Assembly (NCBI GenBank): GCA_013239625.1
Contig: MU053994.1
Location: forward strand, 3,229,589-3,293,588
Length of the DNA stretch: 64,000 nt
Source of the DNA: Lama guanicoe
Lineage: Eukaryota
Direction: 5' to 3'
In this document: in pieces, positions 28,501 through 40,489 of the stretch
Position numbering within the stretch: position 1 is the stretch's first letter
Layout: every line of letters begins with the position of its first letter
The notes under the pieces: generated by a model
Databases searched by the model: none
Seen by the model: the letters and a program-made list of their open reading frames with translations, nothing else
Told to the model about the DNA's origin: nothing
Program-made: the position numbers and the translations under genes

Positions 28501-28849
28501 GTCAGGCATCGTCCTTCAGGAGAGAGCTGGCAGAGGCTGAGACCCTGCTCCGTCTGACAGCCCCTGGGCTCCCTTGTGTTTGCATTCATAAAGCTACTGC
28601 TGTGTTTCAGACCCAGGCCCCAGGATCAGCGTTTCTCGCTGGCGATTAACATAGGATGCTGGCAGAGGCTCTGATGGTCCAGTGTGAGCTGTACCAAGAC
28701 AGGAAAGGTGGCTGTCGTGTTAACAAAGTGCCAGATACATCCTGAGGTCAGACCAGTGTAGGATTTCTGGCAGGCACAGACCTAATCAGGCACTTTATGG
28801 AGCTTCTAAGTATAATGACACTTTCCTGTAGCTTACCATGAGATTACTA

Positions 28850-29206
<357 letters not shown>

Positions 29207-29529
29207 TTAGGAGCTGATGCTCCCAATGGACTTACCGAAACTCAGTCTCTTCCTAAAACCTGTGACTTCTGTAGTATGTCTCATGCCTTGCTCCAAGTAC
29301 CTTTGTAGAAGTAAATTCTAGAAGTTGTATTTATGTCATATTGGACCACAGTAGCTGGCTAGTTGTTTGGTTTGGCGAATCTTTCAGTGTTTAGATGGGA
29401 TCTATTTCATCCCTTCATGGATCACCACAGGGGAAAGACACTAAATGACCCAAGATTAATGGAACTCGCTGTATGCCTTAATGCAGTTAGGTCTTAAACA
29501 GAAGGCAAAAGGAATTAAAAAAAATGAAT

Positions 29530-29675
29530 ACCACATATAGTTATTTAAATTTTTCAGTTCTTCCTTCTCACTAGCCACATTTCAAGGGTCCGATAGCCAC
29601 ATGTGACTGCTGGACTGGACACTGCAGCTACTGAATGCTGTCATGGTCAGAGAACGTTCTATTGGACAGTGCCGG
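29530..29675. mobile_element. MER3/MER33-like hAT DNA transposon fragment
   Basis: ctagccacatttcaag...tagccacatgtg...agaacgttctattggacagtgc. Confidence 0.6.
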
Positions 29676-29783
29676 TCTACAGCAGCGTGCAAAAGAATGT
29701 TAGAATACAGCCAATGGCATGCCATATTGAAAACACAGTGACTGAAGCCATATGTGGCCATGCTAGCTAGGAAAGACCTAGAC

Positions 29784-30004
29784 CAGGAATTGGCAAACTA
29801 TGGCCTGTGGGCCAGATTGGCCCACTGTCTGTTTTTGTAAATAAAGTTTTACTGGGACACAGCCACGCTCATGTGTTTACATACTGTCTATGGCTGCTTT
29901 CATGCCACAGTGGCAGTGGAGTAGTTGTGACAGAGGCCATATGGCCTTCAAAGCTTCAAATAGTTATTACCTGGTCCTTCATAGAAGAGGTTTGTGGACC
30001 CCTG
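29784..30004 (+). mobile_element. MER58A-like hAT-Charlie MITE
   Basis: cagg..ggcaaactatggcc ... gtaaataaagttttactgg ... gtttgtggacccctg; CAG/CTG termini. Confidence 0.8.
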
Positions 30005-30351
30005 ACCTGAGTGAGTGTATACTAAAATATCTGCCAATAAGGTCTAGTTCTGTGGGATACCAAGAGGACCAGTATTCTGCAAAACACAGTCTAGGAAATG
30101 TTTTTCTAGACAAGCCAGGAACATGAGTTTTAATTTTCTTTCTCCCTTTGCTTCTTTTCTTCCTTCAGCAAGAAGAAATTTATACCACTCTTGGTTGTAC
30201 ATGGGTCCAAACCCATGCGGAGTCCCCTCTCTCCTGCCCCAGCCAGGCTGTCAGAACTGCCACATGCTTATGGACGTCAAAATGTGGATGTTTAAAAGAA
30301 AAGAAGAACCCTTTCTCCAGACACAAAAAACGCTGAAGCAGCAGCATACTA

Positions 30352-30632
30352 TGTTTTTTTTTACCCTGTTTTTTGTTTGTTTGGGTGAGGGAGGTAATTA
30401 GCTTTAGCTTTATTTATCTATAGAGGAGGTACTGGGGATTGAACCCAGGACCTTGTGCATGCTAAGCATATGCTGTACTTCTGTGAGCTGTTCACTCCCC
30501 TACAGTGTTTTTCTTTTGGGTGGGGAATTGGTTTTTTTTCAAAAAATTTATTTTAGAGGTGGTATCGGGGATTGAACCCAGGACCTCGTGCATGCTAAGC
30601 ACACACTCTACCACTGAGCTACACCCTCCCCC
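30352..30632 (-). mobile_element. Two tandem Vic-1-like SINEs
   Basis: Two ggggattgaacccaggacc..gtgcatgctaagc units; outer 13-bp TSD cagcagcatacta. Confidence 0.85.
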
Positions 30633-31193
30633 CAGCAGCATACTAGGTTGATGCTGTCCTACCTTCAGTCATCCTGGCAGGTAAACCTGTTACAGACATA
30701 TCCGGGCTCAAATATGACAGCAAGGAGACAGGACTGGGGTCTGCAGCAGCATGCTTTAAAACCAAGCTAGTTAATTGGCCACTTAATAACATGCCAGTTC
30801 CATTGCTTATGTGGTCAAGAGGAAACCAGATGTTACTTAAGCTTGCTCTACCCATGATCTAGACGTAAGCAGAATTAAAAGGACATTTCTAAGTGTTTTA
30901 CTAGAAAACGCCAGTGGTACCAACTGAAACGATATTTGATGAATTTCTTTTGTTGTGTCAGTCAGACAGGGTTCTGGGATGAGGGTGTTCTTATGAAGCC
31001 TCACAGCTCTCTGGGGCGTAGAGAAAACAGTAAGTGGTGTTGACCTGGCATCGGAGGGCCCTACAGGACGGACGGAGTCACTCTTCACATTTTCTCCTGT
31101 TGCTCTTAAAAATCATTCTCCTTCAGCTCTTCCCACTCTGAACAAAGCTCTAACTGCTAGAAAGCTTTTGGGATTCAAATTTTAAACTTTGGA

Positions 31194-31233
31194 ATAATAA
31201 TGATGATAATTAATAATAATAATAATAAAATAA
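31194..31233. repeat. Imperfect (AAT)n simple repeat
   Basis: Direct reading. Confidence 0.8.
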
Positions 31234-31781
31234 ATGATACTGGCAAGATGGCTACTATTGATCCAGTATCTGCTAAGTGCTTCACATGATCTCAAATCCT
31301 TTTTACTTTCCTGGGACTACTTCATTTTATACTTGAGGAAACAAAGAGGGCAAGAGATTAAGGATAAGATACAGAAAATAAGGATAATAAAATGTTACAG
31401 ATTTAAAATTCTTTATAATAAACAATGAAAAGCACACTGACTGGGTTCTAAAAGCCATCAATTTAGGTACTAAGGAAAATATTGCTGTATCACAGAAGAC
31501 TAGATTATCATTCAAATCTATTTTTTTTTAAGAATAATTTATCAGGGTCATGCTTATATTAGGTTACAAACAGACTGTATGAGCCCAGTTTTGTTAAACA
31601 ACAACACACTAAGAAGCCTGTAAGGATAGACAACAAAATATTGCTAGCACTATTATTGGGATTATTGTTAACTCATTTTCTTCTTTTTCTTTTTTGGATT
31701 TTCCAAACTTCCTATAATGAACAGTTATTACTTATGTAATCAGAAAAAATACGTATATTACACGATTAAAAAAGTACTAGG

Positions 31782-32182
31782 AATGAATGGACCTGGAGAT
31801 GGTTATTCCAAATGAAGTGAGCCAGAAAGAGAGAGAAAAATACCATATGATATCACTCATATGTGGAATCTAAAAAAATGACAAATGAACTTATTTACAA
31901 AACAGAAACAGACTCACAGACATAGAAAACAAACTTATGGTTACCAGCAGGGGAAGGGCCAGGAAGGGATAAATTGGGAGTTCGAGAATTGCAGATACTA
32001 ACTACTATATATAAAATAAACAAGTTTATACTGTACAGCACAGGGAACTGTACTCAGTATCTTGTAGTAACCTATAATGAAAAAGAATATGAGAACGAAT
32101 ATTCATATGTACATGTTTGACTGAAGCATTATGCTGTACACCAGGAATTGACCAACATTGTTAACTGACTACTTCAATTAAG
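31782..32182 (+). mobile_element. 5'-truncated L1 3' end
   Basis: L1 ORF2 tail and 3'UTR; 14-bp TSD aaaaaagtactagg at 31768-31781 and 32183-32196. Confidence 0.9.
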
Positions 32183-32226
32183 AAAAAAGTACTAGGCAAA
32201 ATAAAGGAGAGGGAAACGTTGCTTAC

Positions 32227-32307
32227 GTGGAATAGGGTACGCAAACCGGTCTGGGTGCTTTGTGATGAGGGTGTTTTTTATGTGTCTTCTCCCAACACCA
32301 TGCGCAC
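32227..32307 (-). CDS. CASK: CASK exon (~exon 24), guanylate kinase domain
   Basis: 81 nt, TAG|...|GTAAGC; (G)[26 protein letters not shown](H). Confidence 0.97.
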
Positions 32308-32344
32308 CTATGTCATTTTTCAAAAAGGAAATTGACAATTGTTA

Positions 32345-32626
<282 letters not shown>

Positions 32627-35600
32627 TTACATGTAACATAAGTCCTATAACCTTTCGGGAGAATTTCATTTTTAAGCCCATGAAAATGCACTTTAGAACC
32701 AGGGGCATCCAAAGATATGTTGAGCACATGCATAAAATTCCACTGGTAAAAGATACTGCATCTCTTTTCATGCAGTATCCAACAAATCATATGAATTCAT
32801 TCAAAACCACATGCTGTTCATATTTTTGCAATTCTAGGAAATCAGCAATACTGAAAAGAAAGTCTGCAGACAGTGACCAACATGAATATAGCATGAGTGC
32901 AACTAAAGTTAACCAAGAAAGAGACCAGCTAGATTATTTCTAGGGATGGATGAGAGATGCATGGACCGCTGGTCTTTTAACTTGACGGTTCTTTCTTTCA
33001 ACAGAATGTGGAAGGTAGCATGCCAGATTCTTTCAAAGTCAAGTTCCGTGACTATGATTTCACAAGCTTTGGAAATGAGCATCTCACAAGTGGTACTGTC
33101 ACCCAGCTATCCACTCATTGGAAAGTCTTGGGCAAGTAAGTAGGGCAACGTGCTTCCCCTGCCCCAAACTTCGTCAGCCCGTGTGCGGTAAATCAGGACG
33201 GATGGAATGGAGAGAGGCACGAAGCAGAGTCTGAGCTTGGAAACCTCTGCAAAAGGGGAGTTCTCTAACCATTACAGACTGAGAAGGAATACTTTAAAAA
33301 AAACTTTTTGGAAGCCTGCTTCTTAACAAAACTCTTACAAAAAATTTCCTGAGACAACGACTGTTCCTGCTGAAGTTTAAAAGGGAATCCAATTCTCATG
33401 TACATGTATTTGAAAATTCTCACAAGAAGGCTAAGATCATGCGTCTGTCCTTCCTGTAATGTTTTTCCTTGTCGCACTACCCAAATCCTGCCACAGGCGC
33501 ACACTGAAATTTCTTATTTTTAAAGGACTATTCAATAAGCTCTGGATTTTAAAGGATTTGAAGTAAATTCCATGAAACTGATTCCATGGTGTAATAGAGG
33601 AATCTAGGATGCTCCTGTCAACCATTAAGAGAAGCTTCTGCTCCCTGAAACAATACGGCCAAATGCTTTTGAATATCAGCTCAGTCCTTAACACTTGTGA
33701 TCTTCCCGGTAGCAAAGAACCTTAAAATGCAGAATAGGATATTCTGGAATGCAATAGACCAGAAATAAACAAACAAAGTATCATTCTCGAAACTACTTAA
33801 AAAAAAAAAGAAAAAAGAAACACAATATGTTACAATAAGGGTTAGTGCATGTTAATGGGTATTTGTGCATTTGTTTTCGTTTGATAACCTGATTCCAAGG
33901 TTGACTAAAAGACTTTAAAGCATATTCTCTAGCAACAGCTAAAAACCCAGAAATGCTTTCTGTGTTTAGAATGGCAGACTCACAAAATCAAAATGAACAT
34001 GAGGTTCTCCGGGTGGCAGAGCTCGCTAGTCATGCTGCAGTGGTAATGGAGTGACGGGTTGCAAAGATAAAAGCAGGAGAGCTTACGGCACTGCTTTTTA
34101 TAACTATTGCCCTCTGAGTGACATTTCCATTAAGAAAAGTAAGCTTATGAAAGGTCCATCAACAAGCTGATATGTTTTAATATATAAAAATAAGCATCTC
34201 ACACAAGAGCCAGATGATGACACAGCTTTCTGAGTGATACACACATCCCTTTCCCTCTACACAGCCCCGACTCCAGTCCTACTGAGTTAAGTCATTTTTT
34301 CCAAACACATGAGTTAGAGATCAACAATCAACACGACAAACGGATGAACAGATATGTTACACACCAGTATCTTAACCATAAACGAGTAGCATGAAGAGGT
34401 TATTCTGGTCTAAGTGAAATCACCACATGGTCACAGGATTGAGAAACAATAAAAAGGGATATTTTAAATACAACACACAAAGAATGTAAGGAGAATACTC
34501 AAAGACAACGTTTAAAGGTTTTAAGCTGTTTGCTGATTAAAGAAAAAGGACTTAATGAGAGGAAACCACCAAAAACAAAGAGGCATAGTCACTCAACAGG
34601 TTACTTACATGCACAGAGGCCATTGGGAGTAAGACAGCATGAAAAATGTACAGGGGTCATTGAAATATGACTTTTAATATATTAGTAAAATAAAAGTATA
34701 ATATGCACAAAAGAAACTTTACCATGCAATATTCTAAACACGAGGCAAATAAATCACATTAAGAAACAAACTCAGTTTAATAAAAATTCAACAATACCCT
34801 TATATAAAAGCCAGTGGGTTTGATATACTAGCATATGTATACGCCTTGTGTCTGGGAATAGTTATAAGAAACCTTCAGGGAGTGTAGGTGTAGAAGACCT
34901 CCTTTTGGACATTTTCTAATCACGTGTGCCTATCACTTTTACTATTAAAAAGATGTCAACAGGGCAGTGAGATTATGGGCCACTTCTGGTCGTCTTTAGA
35001 GTTCTCTGTATTAAAGAAAAAATGGTAGTAGCTTTTTAAAGCCAACAGTACTAATCCGTGGTATTAGGCATAAACACACCTATGAGTTGGTACTGTAGAA
35101 ATCCTCTGTTCCTATGTGTGCATGTACATGGGGAATCTCAGGATATTTAAATACCACTGTGTTCAGGGCTCTAACATTTAAAAAAGTGAATTAATGAAGG
35201 CTTTAAAAAAAGTTTCCATTAGTAACTTGATCTTAAACTGATTTTGGAAGTCCTAGGGCTGAGGAATCTCAATGCCTCAAGAATTCAGTTCCTCCAGCAG
35301 CATGACTGCTTTCTGCAACAAATTTATGTGGCTAAAAATCTTTCATGTGTTGCAGAAAAGGTATTTGCTGTAAACATTACACACACCATAACCAAATCCA
35401 TTCCCAAGGCTTCAGAAATACTGTCTGACATACTTTGCTGACATCATCCTGATTTCCTGGTAAGCTACTCAATGTTCATGACATTTAAAGTATTTAGGTA
35501 ACTACTTTCCAGTAGAATATTTTCCGTAAATAAGCCTTTAACATCGATTCATTGTCTCAGTCAGAAAGGCTACAAGTATCTTTAAATACTGTACAAACCT

Positions 35601-36022
35601 ACACTTACAAAAGGCACTGCACGCTGGTAACCCTGGGCCGAGTGCACACTCCAATGCCCGCAGTGTGTTAACAGCTGTGTTTGCAGCTAATGCATCTGAA
35701 TGAGGGGGCCAGGTTCAAGAATGGAGCCCTGGGGACGATGGGTCCTAGAGAATGAGTGTCCATCCAAAAGGGATGTTGACAGCTTAGAGTCACTACGGGA
35801 GAAAGTGGGCCTAATATTTCCACACCCTCCGGTCTTTCAAAGGAAGGTAGAAACCCAAATTTTATGTTAAATATCTGGTTTTCAAATGTGGTAACTAAAT
35901 AAAGTTATTTTAAACATGTGTATGGGGAAAACAAAACTTATTTATGGGTCACAATCAGCTAATAGACTGCCACTTTATAATGTGAGATGCAGGCAACATA
36001 GTTTGAACAGAATTCTGCTTTA

Positions 36023-36127
36023 GGGGGAGGGTAGAGCTCAGTGGTAGAGCGCATGCTTAGCATGCACGAGGTCCTGGGTTCAACCCCCAGTACCTCCATT
36101 AAATAAATAAACCCAATTAAAAAAAAA
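36023..36127 (+). mobile_element. Vic-1-like SINE
   Basis: gggggagggtagagctcagtggtagagcgcatgcttagcatgcacgaggtcctgggttcaa; TSD aattctg(c/g)ttta. Confidence 0.88.
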
Positions 36128-39100
36128 TTCTGGTTTAACTAGACATGTGGAATTTCCTGGTGACAGAAATAGAAATAATTCTAGTATTTTTCATTTCCAT
36201 CAGTTCTAGATATTGACAAAGTTCTCATCCTTCATTTTTACTACAAATATAAACAACTTCAAAATTTAATGATAAGGTTTGGATCTTGCCATCAGTACGC
36301 GCTGAATTCTCAAAGATTTGAAGCAGAAAACAAAACATATGGCCCTTGTTTTAACTTACCGAGGACTAAGGGAAGAACCCCCACTGTATTTCACAATCAA
36401 CTTTTGAATAAGCCAGAAAACATCCTTCCGAAATATAGTTTGATTTGTGGCCTATAAGCCCATTTGACTAGTTCTTGGTATTAAAGACTATGATATTTTA
36501 ACGTTCTCAAAGCATCCGCCTTCCCAACAGAGGTCAACAGTACGTGTTCCTTTTAGAGCAATTCTTTATACAGGCAACACCACATATTGGGATAAACTTT
36601 CATCATAGCTAAAAGCAGAACAGCTGATAAAATACTTAAGCTTCCTGATGGTTTCATTTCAAAAGTCAAGGTAATTAGTAAGCAAATGGTCCTTCTGAAC
36701 TTTATAATGAACAAAATGTAAGAGTGGTCTGGTGAAGGGGAAGAGGGCTGCGGAGACAGTGACAGAAGGGACACGCCAGGCACCATACTCTAGAGAGTGC
36801 AGGAAAAAAGCGGGGCATCTTCTCCCACCAGGAAAACTAATAGGAGAGCTCCTGAGCCATGATTTTGTGGGGGCGGGAACCCTAACGATGACATCTGACG
36901 AGATAATCGCAAATAAGCCTAAATAGAAGTTCTGTAAAGAAAGTTGAATGGCTCTGCAAGGACCTTGTAAACAGCTCAGACTTTCCATCAAAGGAGGGTC
37001 TCGGGCAGGGACACACACTGACACGCAGAAGGAACTGTAAGCAAGACGAGGAAGGCTGAGGCCAGAAGACCAGTGCTTAGGAAAGTGCCCATGGTAACAA
37101 AAGTGGTAGTGCTGAGTCTCCCCTACTTCTCCCTCTCCTTTCTTAGTTCTGTGTTTACAGGCACTTACACAGGTCCATGGTTTTGGATAGGAGGTGTGTT
37201 TAAAGACAACAGAGAAAAGGCAATTCTATTCCATCTCTGTGAGGTTCCTGCCTTTTCCATCAAGGGTGATACACCCTTCAAAATAGGCAACGTCTACCAG
37301 AGCTAAATAAGGGACAGCAAATGAATACTTGGCTTCATGAAATGATAGTCATTTGTCAGGGCCAGAGATGAAGGAACCTGAGATCCACTGAATTTTAGAA
37401 AAGATATCCTTGGTTTTGACTAAGCCAACTCACTCATTCTGAGGCCATAGGAGCCAAGTGATTTGCCAGAGTTGCACGGTTACGCAGGTGTGCTAATTCC
37501 TGGTCCTGGCTCAGGGTGCCTATTAAGCTAACAGGTGTGTTTACAGGACCACTGAGCACCACCTGTGATGGATCAGAGAGAACAGGAACAACGGAAGATC
37601 AGTGATGCCCCGGTGGTCAAAGAATGGAAAAAGTGAACTGTGAAAACACTGGCCACCAGATGCGATGCTGATTCTCTAGCAAAATTCTGAAGTGAATGAT
37701 TCAATGGATTCTTTGTTAGAATTTAGAGATTCCAGTTTTTCAATCAATTGGCTTCTTACTCTTCCTCAGAGCTGAATTAAAGAATATTGGCAAATTGAAT
37801 ACTCATGTCTACATGCCCTCTGTTAGTGGAATATAAGATAAATTGACAGCCTTAATTGGCCATTTCTTTGCTTTTCTAGGCTAAAATTAATTCTAATGCC
37901 ATCTATATACCATTTAAAATTATTGTAAAAATTACAAGGTGATACATAGATTTGTAATGTCAACAGACCTTGTGACCCTGTTAGAAGCTGATAAATGATA
38001 AAGGTGATTATGGAGACTTGGCAATAACCACTGACATTTTGTGTAAAACAACATTCTGCCGATACTGCAGTAAATTTCTTCAAATAGTACTACTCAAGCA
38101 TTTACAATTAGTTTTAACTAATTATATTTAACTAATCTACTTTGAATATTTCTTCCCTTTATAAAACAACAACAAAAAGCCATTATCAGACTAGTGTTCT
38201 GTAGTGGTACATAATCAGAAATGACACATTTTATTGGAAATAAAAATGTGGCACAATGCAGCTGTTGTGATGAGAAAGACTCCTTACTTAACTGAACTAT
38301 TTAAAATTAAGCCATGTGGTCACTCATTTCCATTCCACATTATACAGTACTTCCAAGCGTTCACTTTTACTCTCTGATCAAGAAATGAATAATTCAGAGT
38401 TGCAAAATAATTTTTCATAGTGAATGCTAATAAAATATAATATTCTACAGAGGGAAATGCATTTCATATTTGTCAGAAACATACTGTCAAATTGGGCATG
38501 CATGGTTGCAGTCACCTCATTTTTTTTTTCCTTTCTGGCTACATGTTTGAATTTTGGAGTGATTTCTGAAACCTTGGGAACTAATCTAATGTCACTGTTG
38601 GGCCTTGTAATTCCTCAGAAAAAGCTCCTTATAAAAGGAGTCCTATTAAGAAGTTCTTGAAAATAAGTGAATCCCACTCTATATCATCATGCATTTTCTT
38701 GAACTTAAGTTACATCCTGTGAGTCTTCTGGGAATTCTACTGCAATGACAGAGCATGCTTTGTTGGTATTCATTTCAGTTTTTAGCAAATAAGTAAATAT
38801 TTTGACTTAAATTGAATGCAAGCTTCCATACAGACAAACATACCATGAAGGGAAGGCCAAGATAATGTTCTTGGTCTTTTAGGATCTAGGAAATACCATG
38901 AAGGAAGAAGACTAGTTACAGAAACTGACCAAACCAAGTTAGTATCTAACGTTACTGCCATCTGCAGTACAGCTCTCTGTTAAGAACGCACCTTCACCCT
39001 TAGAATGTGTCACAGGGCAAGGTCCAAGGGCCAGAGAGAAGCCAGGAGTGAAGGTATTTGCTCAAGACCAATCTCAGCCAGGAGGCAACAATCCTGGTGA

Positions 39101-39402
39101 CTCAGCACACTCTCAATCTCTCATTTCTCAGGGGAGGACTTAATGTACTGGGTTCTTTGAGTTCCAGGGAGTACTATTTCTAAACAGCATTTTCATCCTA
39201 TAAAGTATAGCTCTGTAAAATATCTGGCAAATAACCAACAGAATAATTGAAGGGAGAGGTTTCTTAAAGTTTTTGCAAGCTGATGAAGATCTCATATGGT
39301 GGAATTTTTGGATAGAGAACTCTGAAGACGGAATTGAGATGTTACATCTACTTGGGTCTTTGAGATGTTTACCCGGTCTCAGTAAGTCGTACTTTTCCTT
39401 AC

Positions 39403-39518
39403 CTGCATTGTGCTTTGCCAAATATTTATCTTTGTACTGCTTCTTCTTCTTGCCAAACCAAGTACAGCTGGCCTGCTGCTCCTGTTTGGTCTTCTCCATG
39501 GCGATGCAAGCGACTCGC
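39403..39518 (-). CDS. CASK: CASK exon (~exon 22), HOOK region
   Basis: 116 nt, TAG|...|[44 protein letters not shown]. Confidence 0.98.
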
Positions 39519-39769
39519 CTAGCACACAAAAGAAAAGAAAACACTAATGTATAGTTTTATGCTGATAAAAGACAAAAGCCATTCATTTGAAGAGTTTACA
39601 TGAATCTGCATGAACATACTCCTCACAAACTTATAAAATCATTCAGATAAAGGTTGCTCCTTGGCTTTCATGACAATTTCCTAGAAATGTTTTAAAACGC
39701 AGGCTTATGACAAAATAACACATACTTACTGATAATAGAGATGAGAAGTCTAAATATATAGTCATTAAA

Positions 39770-40170
39770 TGCAGTGGAACAGGTGTGGGATTTTGAGTTG
39801 AGACAGGCTTGGTTTGAATCTTGGCTCTATCACTTACTCGCTTTTATCAATTTAGTGTTGCTTTTCTAGAAAATTTACATACATTAACTCATTTAATCTT
39901 TCTAACAACGCATGAAATTGTGTCACTGCTTTACAGATGAGGGGATCAAAGGACTGAGAGGTTAATTAATTTGTCCTAATCACACAGCTAATATGTAGGA
40001 GAGTGAGGACAGAATGGCACCAGAGCCCATATGCTCTTAGCCAGTACATTCTATCGGCAAGTTCCTTAATCTCTTGGAGCCTCTTGCATAGCTGTTGTAA
40101 AGAACGAGGACAAAAAATGTAAATAATATCCCTTGCACAGTGGCAGGCACAGAAGATGCCTAATAAATGG
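39770..40170. mobile_element. MIR fragments in both orientations
   Basis: ggtttgaatcttggctctatcacttact and tttacagatgagg...gagaggttaa cores. Confidence 0.6.
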
Positions 40171-40489
40171 TACTGCTACTGCATGTAGATTCTAGGTAGG
40201 GGAAAAAAACACAATTAAATCTACAGTTAGAATTATAATCAGAAAATCATAATTTTGTTCAATGTGATTACAGTTTTCAGCATTGGTAACATATGCATAA
40301 ATGCTGTTAAAAGGTTGCTTTCTTAGGTTTAGTCTAAAAAAATACTTGCCTTTCTGAATATTGCCAGGAGGTTTTGCTTACTTAATTATTTTGCCTGTGG
40401 GCCAGTGTGGGGTCCCTGAGTGAGCCACACATAAGAACCCCAAATCACTATCAGAATGCCATACAATGCTATTGAAAATGACAAGTAAT

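Noticed and set aside
34609..34670. GTAAGT donor with a possible 62-nt stop-containing exon
   Set aside because: Only an AAG acceptor in A-rich context; too weak to support.
36023..36097. tRNA-like sequence (also at 5.4, 30.5, 43.4 and 53.2 kb)
   Set aside because: A-rich tails, TSDs and divergence between copies show these are SINEs, not tRNA genes.
39140..39402. ORF continuing about 87 codons past the exon 22 donor, as a possible alternative C-terminus
   Set aside because: The donor is strong (CAG|GTAAGG) and the peptide has no recognisable features; chance read-through is sufficient.
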